A stretch of DNA of 58,848 bases, the filler included, from Sphacelaria rigidula (lineage: Eukaryota), in the NCBI GenBank assembly GCA_964200075.2. It is 7 parts of 7 records of this genome, joined end to end, with 100 filler letters (N's around TTAATTAATTAA, not from the genome) between each part and the next. Parts side by side here need not be neighbours in the genome. Positions count along the whole stretch, not along the records: positions 42,107 to 50,427 come from CAXNAA020011531.1; positions 50,528 to 58,848 come from CAXNAA020011532.1; 5 more parts are not named here. One strand, written 5' to 3'. Below the pieces are notes generated by a model, which worked only from the letters and a program-made list of their open reading frames with translations, did not search any database and had not been told where the DNA came from. Both the position numbers and the translations under genes were made by a program. This document shows positions 46,925 to 58,848 of this stretch, in pieces; the stretch's first letter is position 1; each line of letters starts with the position of its first letter.

Positions 46925-47470
46925 GTAAGGTTCCTGATGACTTTCACACGCTTGCAAGCGCGCGGCCTGCACACAGGAGGGGTCTCCGAAGTGCTGCGTC
47001 GCAGTCCGAAATTTTCGGGCTCCTCCGAAAATGAAGCTTCGGAACAAGAATCAAGTCGCTTCGTTTTTGGAGTAGCCTCAACGCACAGCCCGGAACATCT
47101 GAAAAAATTGGAGATTGCCGTCAAAACAGCGTCGATAATAATGAGCCTTAGTACACACTCGAAGAAATCCAGAGGAGGCCGACGTATCAATAGCACTAGT
47201 ACAGCACCGCCGGGAATTCCTACATGACGGGAAGTGAGTCCCCTTCAACCTTGCAATGTCCACGTATACATACATTGGTGACGGAGAGCATGTCGGCCCT
47301 TCGCAACGCCCGGCAGTACTGCAGCTGCTCTTCCACCAAGACGCTGACATTCTTGCCCGCAACCATCTTTCAGTCTTTCCCAAAATCCGAAATCACTTTT
47401 GTTGCCGCGTTGTAGGCGCCTGAAGTGGTATCCTTCGCGAAGTGACGCGTGATCGCCGTTGGTGGACCCC
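46925..47470 (-). pseudogene. Candidate upstream exons of the contig-6 gene with in-frame TGA codons
   Basis: Exon 47274-47470 (AAT|gtatgt) reads ...VISDFGKD*KMVAGKNVSVLVEEQLQYCRALRRADMLSVTN. The next acceptor (ttttttcag|47098) reads MFRAVR*GYSKNEAT*FLFRSF. Alternative frames are possible. Confidence 0.4.
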
Positions 47471-48359
47471 CTTACACAAGACGACGCAACAGACGGCACA
47501 ACAATGACAGTTTTTCGGGTTTTTTAGAGTCTGGAGTCAGGGGGGAGCGAATCGGCGCGCTGAGAAGAAGCACGTCTGTAAGACACTCAGTCTGAAATTT
47601 TCGAGCCGAGCAAGAAATTGGACCCAACGAGTTGGGCTCATCTAATGTTACTGACCCATACTGAATCTCTATAATATATGTATGTATATATATATATATA
47701 TCTTATGTGGAGATGACCACATTCAGCTGAGTGTACGGATAATTTCGGGTTAGAGTTAGGGATAAGGTTGAGACCAGGGGGGAAAATTGGCCTCCGGCCG
47801 ACTCGACGAGTAGCGGCGCATGCCGGCGATTTAACCGGAGGTCTTCCGGCGGCCGCCGTGGGCACACTCCGGAGGGATCCCGGCGCAGGAAAAATATCGG
47901 CTGTAATAGCGACTCCATCGAGCGTCACTTTGCTTCAACTTTCGATGCGTTGACGGCCTTTCAAGAGGGCGGGGTTTATGAGTGGGAGGTATCAACACTT
48001 CTTTCGCGCACACGTGGACAGACTTTCTGCATCGCGATACGAGCTGGGCCGGCCAAGGTTCCGTCTCCACAGGTCACAGACCATGCACGACGCAATTTTT
48101 CGAATTTCGGGTTAAAGTTTTTACACCAGAGAAACAACACATAGACGAGGTCTACCCTATCCAAGGGATCAGCCAAGGTTTTTTTTTCACCCCAAATCCG
48201 GGCGATGTGTTGTCTTTTGATTTTTTTCACATTCCTTAGGCCGCCTCTTACGAAAAACAAGACAAGAATCTGGAAAACAGCCTTCATGGAGCTTCTGTAT
48301 CGTTTCACGCTCTAAATGATAGCTAGAAGGATTTCGACACCTTGGAATGACGGACTCAC

Positions 48360-49170
48360 CCCGAGGAGGAGGAAGGGTTTGAAGTGTGACGAGAGAGACA
48401 AAAAAGGTCATTTGCCGGGAATATACCAGGCCAAGTACTACAGCACAAGCCCAAAACTTCACCAGGAGGAAAAGGCCGGCGATTCTGCCACGTATGATAG
48501 TTTTGGTGGGACGATGAAATATCTTGATTTCTGCGCATCGTGAGGTTACCTAGTGGTTCGGTGGTATCCGCATGCATGACTCTCACACACCCCTACCGGG
48601 TGCGTTATACTGTACTGTGTGCACTACACGTTGCAACACCTTGGCCGCCGGGCCTCCTCTCAGAACAGTATTATTGTGGGACCTTCCGATGCCGAACCCG
48701 GCGCAATATACTTGAGCGAGCTAAAAACAAAAGGGATACACTGCAAAGAGAGGACAGCCCCATCGATTTTACTACGCACGACAGCTTTGATGGCACGATG
48801 AACTTCCCACGACGATATTGTTCCGAAAGGAGGCGTGACAGCCGAAGGGGTTCTACGTGTATTGCAGTGGAGTAAGTACAACGCTCCTGGTGGTTGTGGC
48901 GTGCATGCGGATGCCGCCGGCCCAGTTGGCAGCCACCAGCCCAGTTGGTAGTCTCACGTTGCGTAGACATCAAGATATTTCATCGTCCCATCTATACGAT
49001 TATACGTGGCAGAATCGATCTCACAGCGAATATTTTGGGCGCGTGCCGTACTTGACCGACACATTACCATATCATTACAGGAACACGATTTTGTTGTTTT
49101 TGTAACACTCTGTTCGTAGGCACACGGCCTTTTTTCTTCCTCATACTTGAACCCCTCCCGTTCCTCGGGA
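48360..49170. mobile_element. Large diverged foldback element
   Basis: TGGGACGATGAAATATCTTGAT (about 48507) pairs with ATCAAGATATTTCATCGTCCCA (about 48969). Further paired blocks lie both inside and outside. Confidence 0.65.
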
Positions 49171-50329
49171 CAAGTCCGTGGTCTCAAGGGATCAAACCAT
49201 CTCTCTTTACGTCCCGACGATTTTCACTACGTCAGTATTTGGATTCGAGACGAAATCCGGATGCCGTTCGCGATCAGACTTGTTGATACCATTGATTGTA
49301 TGTATCGGCATACATTCAAGGTATCGGCATACATTCAAGGACTTGGCACCATAATACGATTCTGGGACAGAATAATAACAGAGAGTTGTCAGCCAATATG
49401 CAACTTCTAGGAGCCTCCGAATGAGAAACACCTTGACCCAAATGTCCAACCCCTGCGGTGACATGACTCTTTCAGTACTGCGCGCAAAAAACGCCCGGAA
49501 GTCGGCGCGCCCCGGCATAGCAGCATTTTGCCCTCTAGTGGCTGAGACTCTGCGAAAATCAACAGCGTGCAGTTCAGACCCGGCCCGTTTTTTAGGAAGA
49601 TGAAATAAGGCTTTCTGCCGTACAGGACATGGAGCACAGAAGAAAAGTATGGTGTAGTACTTTACTTGATTAGGGTCAGGGTCAGCTTTGGAGTAAGGGC
49701 TACGTAGATCCACCTGACACGCGCTCTCTTTCAGCAGCCGAATGCCGCGGAAGCAGCAGCAGCGGCAGCAAGGATCAGCGAGGATCTCGTCACCTTGCGG
49801 TCAAGGCTTAAGCCCTGGCTCTGGCTCTGAGAATCCGAAGCAGCTGATATGCAATCCACACCATACACTATCGGTACCTCTCGTTTATGGTACTGTCTGT
49901 AAGCTGTCTGTTACAGTACTCTCTACTGTACTACAGAGGCCGTTGTTCAGGTTGTTCGATGGTTCGCTCCGACACAAAGCGTGCATACACTCAGAACACA
50001 GCACATTATACTCAAGCATACTTTGATCAATACGATATTTCACTGCATTTGAGTGAAGAGAGCAGGAACCTGTGGACCCACCTTCTACTACTGTAGTGGG
50101 TGATGGCATCTCAGCCTCAAACCTTTTTCATTGTTGATGCCGAACCATGGCCAAACCGAACTATTCTCGCTATGTCCATTGTATGTATTGTGAGGTGTGC
50201 ATCGGCAAACTGTTGACGACACACACGTATCCTTCTCATAATATAGACCACGGCTGGATCCCTGGGGGGTCACTTAATTTAAAGTGCGACAACCAATCAA
50301 TCCAATCAATCACAGGCACCGTAGGTAAG

Positions 50330-50427
50330 GTAGGTACCCGGTGCCGGTATTTGGGACATCTCATACCTTACCGATACCGACCCAATCCGGTATATTGAAA
50401 TCTCATACCTACGATACCTACGATACC
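50330..50427 (-). repeat. End of the GGTATCGTAGGTAT-family element at the contig edge
   Basis: Reverse complement matches 13481-13513. Confidence 0.65.
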
Positions 50428-50527
50428 NNNNNNNNNNNNNNNNNNNNNNNNNNNNNNNNNNNNNNNNNNNNTTAATTAATTAANNNNNNNNNNNNNNNNN
50501 NNNNNNNNNNNNNNNNNNNNNNNNNNN
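50428..50527. other. Artificial contig spacer
   Basis: 100 nt N/TTAATTAATTAA/N. Confidence 0.98.
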
Positions 50528-51556
50528 GAAAGCACTGTTTTAGGCTTGAGCCTCATCTCGAAGTTAAACCTCAATTCGCACAATTTGTTGTTTAATGTAT
50601 TTGGACACATTTTTCCTCGTAACTCAGCACTAACCCCCTCGATTTTGAGTCGTTTAGCATCAAACTTTCAGTCAGATCACGGGCTTTCAGGGGCGTGACG
50701 ACCGTTTCGGACGATTTGACAGTCTCAATAAACCTTCGCTCCGGAAACAAAATCCGTTCCTAATCTCACGAACATGTTGCTATTTCCGAATATTCGCCAC
50801 ACGTCTGTCATCGCTTTGAGTTCCGCATGTGTTGCGTGAGAAAAAAAAGCTTTGGCGCGTGTTATTTAGCTTCATGAGGTATCTGCTACGCTGGCAAGAA
50901 TTGTGCTGAAAAACGATACAAGGCGTTTTTCCGAATTTCTCGAATGCTGTACTGTATGTAGCATTCCGTGGTATCTATGCGCGACACTGTCCTCACATTG
51001 AAAATCTTCGCAATATACACACACGTGTTTCTCAATAGCGTTCATTTAAACGCATCTCAGATTATGCTTGGTCACTGATTCTCTCTGAACCCGTCTAAAA
51101 TGCTTCTGAATCAAGAACGCTTATCACTACGGCGTTTATAACCTGTAACGGGATCGCAATGAGCATGCTTACGTGTTTGATGCTCAACGATCAACACGAT
51201 GATGTATAGTAGAAAGGAAAGGTATGATAATATTTCGCGTGTGGGGTGTGGTGATTTGGTGTGGGGTGAGGCGGGTTATTATTGTTGTTGTTTTTTCGAA
51301 CGAGGCAAAGATATAATATGTTATGAGTATTCACGGCATGATGAATACTACGAAGGAGGAGGGCGCATCGGGTTCGCCCGGGTGAGATTTTTCGTCAAGA
51401 AGACCAAGCAGGACGTCACCGGCCCACACGCATGACTTACACGCAGTGCTTTGATGGGAATGCAGCAACTCAGCCCCCATGACAACGTAGCACTTTTATA
51501 CCACATTACTGTGTGTTTGAGCAAACAAACGCATCGCTCAATACGTTACAATAAAA

Positions 51557-51853
51557 CTATGTTTTCGTGATATTGACAAAAGAGGATACGATTGAGAGTG
51601 AAAAGTGGTCAATTATTGAATGGATCATTTCAGTTCCGAAATGACCCTCTTTCAGGCTCGATACGCTTTCTGCAGTTTCTTTCCACTTAAGCTTGTGATA
51701 TCTTTAAGTAGGATATCGACGTGTAGCCGTAAGCACACGTCAGGGATACAGGCAAATAACACAGAGAGAGAGAATGTGAAATCGGTCCAATTGAAGCGAA
51801 TGATCAAACACACTCTCAATCAACGCTTTACACTCATTTTCCCGAAAACATCA
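51557..51853. mobile_element. MITE family C
   Basis: Colinear with 35786-36085 and 39794-40089. Confidence 0.8.
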
Positions 51854-51906
51854 TAGCACGCTTCCCTCCTCGTGTGCGTTTATCCTACCACTACGCCGGC
51901 TCTCAC

Positions 51907-52194
51907 CTTGAATGCATCCTCGGCACTTTTTCTGCGGTCTTCCGGCAAGTGCATTTGCCTGTCTGGATGCCACAGCAATGCTAAACGATGGTACGCCTTC
52001 TTCGCGTCCGAACTCGAAGAAAAGTCAGGTATATCCATGACGTTGTAGTGATTCGGCGTCTTATTCTCTATCGGGGGTTCCGCCTCCTCTTTGCCTTGAG
52101 GCTCACATGCCGGTGTTCGTGCCCTGCTGTTTCTGCTAGCATTGCCTTTTTTCCCGTGTGTCGGAAGCTTTTTGCCGGGTACCGATACGGCCAT
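51907..52194 (-). CDS. DnaJ/Hsp40 J-domain exon (helices I-III with HPD motif)
   Basis: NHYNVMDI...DAKKAYHRLALLWHPDR....RRKSAEDAFK followed by donor AAG|gtgaga. The start is caccATGG (52194) or an acceptor at about 52209. Confidence 0.85.
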
Positions 52195-52968
52195 GGTGCT
52201 GATGGGTTTCTACTGTACAGTACCACGAAATCAGGGCAGCAGTATCGAGAAGTCGTCAGATAATTTAGACTCACATGTAGCTCGTTACATAAGACATGCA
52301 CACCGCAGTAGCGCGTGAGGACGTGCAGTCCACGAAGCTCACTGTTATTTGTCGCGCGCTGGGTCCAACTCGCACCAATGCCGAGTACCAACCAAACACG
52401 CACAGCTCTTTTTCAAGAATGCCCGGTTGAGGATAAGAGGAGGTTCAAAATCTTTTGCGTACGCATTTGTGATTTCACCTAGTGTGTAATCAGGACATTG
52501 ATTGGGGTGTGACCGGGACGTCGAGGTGGTGATGTTTGCGCCTCAATAATGTGTCAAAATGCGGTGCAATTAAAATGCGGCATAACTGAAGATGCATGGA
52601 TATGATGAGACATAGTCTTTTGCCAGTGTCTGTTTCGTGCTCTGGCGCAGCCGAGACACAAGGCGCCAGGGAGAACACAGTACATCAAAAGTAAAAAAAG
52701 CCCTTGAAACTACAGTCTGCACTACACGACGCGTGGCAGTCGAAGGATACTGATCGATCCCAGCGGAAGTTGTGCATTCAGCCAATACGGTGCCCACTAC
52801 GCAGCTGGAAAGGCTTCTGTATCCACGGAACACAACACCACACCACGATCCAGCCATCTCATCACAACATTGGCGGGGCGTGCCACTGCTAATAGGTTTC
52901 TTGTGAATATACTTGGGAAAGCGCAGCACTAACATCACTACCGCCAAACCATGGGTGTTTCGCTACAG

Positions 52969-53220
52969 CCTGCTCCGCGATTCACGGCCGGAACATCCCC
53001 CACGACGCGAATATGTGATGCTGGTGAGGTGGCCACATCTGTTGTTTGCGACAGTCGATTCGGAGACACTGAAGTAACTACGAGCAATGCCCGCAGTCCT
53101 AGAAATGCGAAGGACGCTGGCAGTAGCGGAGGCAGAGGAACTACTACACGGTTTGGCGGGTTGTCTGAGGATCGCCACGGTCCTGGGCAAGAGCTGCTCT
53201 TGTCGCCCATGTCGAAAAAG
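52969..53220 (+). CDS. Candidate internal exon of an unknown plus-strand gene
   Basis: gtgtttcgctacag| and AAG|gtaagc, 84 open codons, low-complexity Ser/Thr/Gly peptide. Confidence 0.5.
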
Positions 53221-54102
53221 GTAAGCGAACAATTCCTCCGCGTTTGGCTGGATCATGCAGGAGTACACGTGCCTGGATACCGTAGCGACTCCTGTTGAGC
53301 CCTGTTCATATCGTCGTATTTTCAAAATTCCACGATTTCACGGTTTCCTCGTCTTTGCGGTTTTGCTCACCGCAAATGCTTGGCGGTAAGCGTCATTTTT
53401 CGTCCGGGAAATGTGGAAATCGGACGAAAAATCGTCTCCCGTCGAGCACATCAATAGGTTGTTGCAGATGAAGCTAGTACGGCTGATGACAGAGGACAAG
53501 GTACAGTAGCACCACCATGCCTCCCCAAAGGGGGTTCAGCTGGCGGGCGTACCACGCGTGCCGTAGGGCATGCCCAGATACATTTAAGCGATGGCGGACA
53601 CCGGTCACCACATATATGAAGTGACGACAGCACCAGCACGACGCCGTACCACTGAGGGGACTGCGCTTTGTCTCTGGGTGCGTGTTTCTCAAGTGCGCAA
53701 AACAAGACTCGCAAAAGAAGTAATCGGGAAACCTGGAATTACCACTCTGAAAGGCGTCCTAGTTCACGACAGCTGGGACACTGTACAGTGATAATCTGGC
53801 CCTCGAAAACCACGCATTAGTAGCTGTGCCATCATCCTGATTGAATACTCACAGAAGTGAGGCCCGTCTCACTACTTGAAAATAGTGTGGAATGAGTTTT
53901 TTTTTTTTTTGACGATGCACGACTCTGTGTGGGTCTGAAAGCGACGTACCTCTCTCGCCACAGCAACGTAGTAAATCCACCAATGAGGTCCGGGGGTCAA
54001 GAAAGGTTTGTGGCGAGGGGAGAGCGAACGTCTAGTCATGCAGCTATGGTATACAGGAGACGAACACAGCAGCAGGAGGTGCAGCAGATGCGTATATCGT
54101 CT

Positions 54103-54324
54103 AGACTCTACCCTTTCGTTGCAGACTTCCTCGTAACCCGCCGGTCGATGTACAGATCTACTGACATCTCTACTCGGGCGAAGAGCATAGCGGCACACCA
54201 CGCATATCCTACCAGACTTTACCCTTTTGTTGCAGACTTCCTTATAACCCGCCGGTCGATGTACAGATCTATTGACATCTTCACTCAGGCGAAGAGCATA
54301 GCGGCACATCACGCACATCCGACT
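54103..54324. repeat. Two-copy 111-bp tandem duplication
   Basis: AGACT.TACCCTTT.GTTGCAGACTTCC...GCGAAGAGCATAGCGGCACA at 54103 and 54214. Confidence 0.9.
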
Positions 54325-56680
54325 GCGTACGCCGTGGCGATCCGTGAAATGCGCACGCACACAGCCTCGTCTGTGTGCACAGCATCACGCCAGCGACGAA
54401 CACGTGCCGAGCATGGAACACGTTTTCTCTCCCTGAAAAACCGCAACACCTCCCGACCACACGCACCCGACACACGCATGAACCAAAGCATTGTCCCCAC
54501 GAGTCTGGGATTTGCTGGGTCCGTCAGACGCGGGTCAGTCAGGCGCATACGCCAACGCCAGATTACAGCAGTAGCAGAGAGGTTGCGTTATGTCGCATTA
54601 CAGCTTGACTTGTGTGCAGACCATAATGCAAGCAGCAAAGACTGTGTATCTGTGCAGCGGAATCGCAAGTTGACCCGTCCAACTGTAGTCGGAAACGTCA
54701 CGCCCTCATGCACACACGCTCTACTACACGAGCACCTGTCGACAAAGCAGTGCACTTTTTTGCCACCTGGGGTGTATATCGTGTGTGTGTCACCCGCGGA
54801 TTTTTCCGCTAAACGTTTTGTTTCCACAGTCCAGGTGTAACCTTCCGGCTCACGCCGCCGTTCTAGATGGACAACATCGAGATGCCTGCCGACCTTTAAA
54901 TCACACAGCCAATGCACATACACAACCTACACTTACCACCGTGTGTTCGTTTCACATCGGTAGTTTTTGTCGAATATGGGATCCTTGCACTCTCATCTGT
55001 ACGTCCCCTCCGATCGGAGTTGGACGTCGGGATTCAACTCTTCTTTGCTTACTACGTAGGTTTCCTGCGAGTCATCTTTCGAACACTTGCACTTTGCATG
55101 AGTGCCCGCATGGGCATAGTTGGAACAAAACCAAAAAGCGGCAGGCACATCAGGATGTTTGCTAGCCTTTCGCGTGGTTATGCGGCACTGCTCGTAGATA
55201 TTACAGTCATTGTTTCCGGGGTTTTGTTTTCTCTTTTGCATGCTTTCTTCGGATTCTGCAGTCTCCACACCGTTATCGGATGGTTCTTAAATGGCATTTC
55301 CACAAAAAACACTCCTTCCGGGAAAAACCTTCATCACCTCCACATGTACCCGCGCGGTCATCGCTCACTACGTCGTGCCTCACCTTTTCACTCTCACCCG
55401 CGACTAATGATAAGATAGCCCCCCCACAAAAAGTGCACCAGAGACCGTCCGACGAACCGGCTGCGATCCCACTATTGGGCTCATTTGCAGAAATTTCGCC
55501 CACATGATAGGCGTGTAGCAGTCCGAAATCAGCTATAACGCCCAAGTGAGTCGCGTCGTGCAGCACGAAATCAGCTTCAACGGCATTCATGATCACCGCC
55601 TCCGTGCACGTTTTTAGCCGGTTCTGGGGGGGGGCTATCTCGGCAGCAGTCCCGCGCACAGGGAAATATTCTAAACAACAGCTTTCAACTACGCTGTGTC
55701 CTTTTTCATCCAATTTTCACCGCCGTCGATTGCTCTTGCTTGTGATTCGAGCCCCCGCGCCCACTGAGGGCGCGGGGGGCCTTCAGTACCCTAGTACATG
55801 CTATTTACTGTGCATCGAAAAGATTTCAAAATCTCGAAGGTTGACGTTCGCAACGTTGACAATCCATCTGCCGTTTACCGAGGACTAAGTCCATTAAGCA
55901 CTCATGTTTCGCCCACTTCCGCTCGTCCGTCGGAGATTATGGAAATCTTCGGTTTTCCCACCAAGTATCACTGAAGTGATCGTCTCGGTATGATCAACTA
56001 CATGCGTTCTCTGCGGCACAAACATCCATGAATCTTCAAGAGACGATCTTTTTCATGGTATCGAAGAAAATATACGACCACCTGCCGTGATGCCTGTCGT
56101 CGCTGACCTCTAGTCCTTCGGTGTTCTGCACCAGTTCTGGCGACGGAGGCCGTGTCATATCACGGCGACGTCCGGAGTTTGTCCTCCCGACGTTCTTGAG
56201 CCTAACAACTCAACTCTTCACGGCTTTTCCCTCACAGTGTTTGCGTTGTGTCGCGGCGATGGGGGTGTGACTACTGTTGTGTGCACATGACAACCTTCTA
56301 TGAACCCTGACGTATGTGTGCTGCTTTGCCAAGGCACACGAGAATCTGCAGGGGCCAAGTAATGGCCGGCAGATTTGGGGTCAAAAGCACAGAATATTGA
56401 GGTGAAGGATCCGCGAACGCCGGCTCAATCTAACCGTGTGTACCCACGGCACCATTTGAGCCGTCGCACGGTAGGATAAATGCACTAAACGTGATAGATG
56501 CTTGTAGCTGATTGGGTGTTGAGATTTCTTGGGGGTGGAGGGCCGTATCTGTACCCCGGCACCTCCTTCTTCTCCCTTTTCCTGTGGATGAGTCCACAGT
56601 CTCAAGGGTCCAACCTTTAGTTCCTCTGTACTGGCGTTTCTCTTTGCTATCGAGTATTTTGATCAGCATACTCTAGTAGT

Positions 56681-56982
56681 GCGGTTCGATTCCCGAAGCG
56701 ATCTAGGATTTTTCTTAAACCATGCCCAACAGTGGAAAACGTCTATGTCGTGGGTACACAAAATTCGACTTAACGGTCGACGAGGGAAAGGAACTGCTGA
56801 AACCCTCTCGCGATAAAAAATAAAGGCAACCGCAGAAGGAAGGTGAGGTACTAAAAACAAGTAAAAAAGGAAAAGCTCCTGTGTTGACCTTCCTCCTGTG
56901 TGACCCCGGCTGATGCGCCCATATATACCGAATGTTGTAGACTGGCGCCCAGAATAAATGGGACGACAACACACACAACACA
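56681..56982 (+). mobile_element. SINE family B, 5'-truncated at the B-box
   Basis: Starts GCGGTTCGATTCCC, then the body and the ATGGGACGACAACACACACAACAC tail. Confidence 0.85.
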
Positions 56983-57959
56983 GTCCCGCAGCCTGTGAGC
57001 GTTCAACGAAATGTTTGTCGACTCTTGTCATCACGCTGAAGGACGAGAGCCAGAAAAAGTACTACTTGACTGTCCACAGGTTGTGCAGTGCTACTTTTGT
57101 ACGTATCGAAGCACACCCGACACCGTACCACAGGGTTGCTGAACATCTGGCTCGGGTTACATGGTAAGTTGACCTGTGATCAGCTTTGTATCTTGTTGGT
57201 TCGATGACTATGACGGATCGAAAATGATGGCGTTCCACAGGTCAGTAGGTTCGAAAAGTATTCAAGGAGGGGTGGCCGCTGGAGCTGGAAGCGTCCCTCC
57301 TATGAGCGGGGGGTGGTGAACTTGATAAAAACGGAAAAGAAGATGGAGGCAGGGATCGCGTCTGCGCTCACTGAGGTAGAAGCTGTGGAGGCCGGTCTCA
57401 GGTAAGCAAATAAACTTCCAAAGCCGTCATGATCGTAGTTTCCGCTCGATCGCAAAAACATCGAGCAACTTGGGGGTCAACGTCTGTGCCACAGCGTTGC
57501 CTTGGAGCTGTAACTTGTACGGTGGGACGGCGCTACTTTTCCTACCTTCCTTGAACGGTCATCAATTAAATGCGCACGCGCAAGATGACCACGGGTACGC
57601 GTTCTACTATGTATCTCCAATGCATCTCCTCGTTTCATCGCCTCCACGTCAAAGTGTCGAAACCGTGCCTACAACGTCCATCACAAATGTTGATTGCGCG
57701 GGACGTCGTATTCCGGCAGACGTCAGTTTTTACTCACAACGCAGCGTAGCGCGTTCCCCTTTCCACATGAGCTAAACCTTTTCTTTCCACTGATGCTGCA
57801 GTGCCACACGACACACACGGGTGAGCTCGGATTGAGTTGGCGGACAACGTTACCTTGTTAGACGAGGCAGTTTTCTATCACATCCTCGCATCACCCATGA
57901 AAAGTGCCAAAGAGATGACACGAATACCGCATCTTGATCTCAGTCTTTCGGCTTATGCC

Positions 57960-58600
57960 TACACCTCCTTCGTCCTTCGGCCCGAGGATGTGGATCTCGT
58001 GAACATCTCCAGACCGTCACAACAAAACAGATCCGCCGTATATAGGCCGTTACTGCCGCATTATGGACAACACATCAGAAGCTTCTCCAGATTCCCAAGC
58101 ACGCGTCAGACATTATTATTATTATCAGTATGTTCGGCACATTGGCTCGATCTCCCAAACCCGTGGTCACAGAGTGCAAGGAGCATACCACCCATACCCA
58201 TAAATCAATAGTAACGAGAGGAACGGGAGCTTAGCACCAATTTTGCGAGGACAATATCTTGATGATTTGCCTCTTCTCCGCCATGTTGTTCGTTTTCTCG
58301 CCTCTGGCCCTCATGGACCCGATAACCTCGAGGCACCCCTCGTGCGCCTCTTCCGTGTATTTTTGCAACGCTATGTTCCACCCTTCTGACACAAAGCAGA
58401 TACTTTGATGAACTGATCATGCCAACTACCGCCACAAAACCTTCGAACGCGACCAACATGGTGAAGCTGTCCATGGCACGACTCCCGAAACCCACTGAAG
58501 CGGAACATGAACACCGCTTGATGTCGGGCACCCGTCCGCAATGTACGACTTCCTCTGGAATGTTGCGATCGAAAGATCGGGGACCGCTCGTGGGAGCACC
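57960..58600 (-). pseudogene. Possible decayed KDZ/CxC-type (Kyakuja-Dileera-Zisupton-like) transposase fragment
   Basis: RCSCS...LVAFEG...ISSSKYLL, followed by LEKLLMCCP*CGSNGLYTADLFCCDGL, a CPxCG-x(n)-DG pattern with a stop. Confidence 0.35.
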
Positions 58601-58848
58601 GCGCCGCGGCGTGTCCGAAGCGTGCGCCGAGAGTACTCCAAAAGGCAGCGGCAGCATTGTGCGGGGGAGGGGTGTCGGTAGTGATGGCGCGGTGCTGGAG
58701 TGCACGGATCTCAAGCTGACGTTAAAGCAACGGCTTGACAAGTGAGAACGCTAGAGGGGGGGGGGGGGGGGTTGGCAGCGCCGTTGTCTTGTGCCAAGAA
58801 AACGGGAGGGAGGTACTTGAAGTACAATCACGTAGAGATAAATAAGGA

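Overview
This is repeat-rich eukaryotic nuclear DNA, not a prokaryotic locus. It has GT-AG introns, TTAGGG-type tracts, tRNA-derived SINEs and many MITEs. The overall style suggests a brown alga/stramenopile (Ectocarpus-like), which is an inference. The window is not contiguous. It is seven contigs of near-identical length (8322 bp, then 6 x 8321 bp) joined by 100-nt N/TTAATTAATTAA spacers, so nothing can be assumed to span a spacer. Most ORF-track entries are spurious. By splicing exons by hand I find four coding regions. (i) A minus-strand gene in contig 1 whose Tudor/Agenet-like domain is split over three phase-compatible exons. (ii) A multi-exon minus-strand gene of unknown function across contig 4. 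(iii) A minus-strand gene or pseudogene in contig 6 with possible in-frame TGA codons. (iv) A DnaJ J-domain exon and a separate plus-strand exon in contig 7. Transposon content: a decayed hAT transposase, probable copia and KDZ-like remnants, two tRNA-headed SINE families, a (CAA)n-tailed retroelement end, TA-, TAA/TTA- and TTAA-target MITEs (several almost fully palindromic, some nested), a MITE carrying telomeric repeats, and two large inverted repeat pairs. I found no well-supported new enzymatic system. The most interesting signals are transposon architecture and their possible effects on splicing. All alignments were by eye and identities were not computed.
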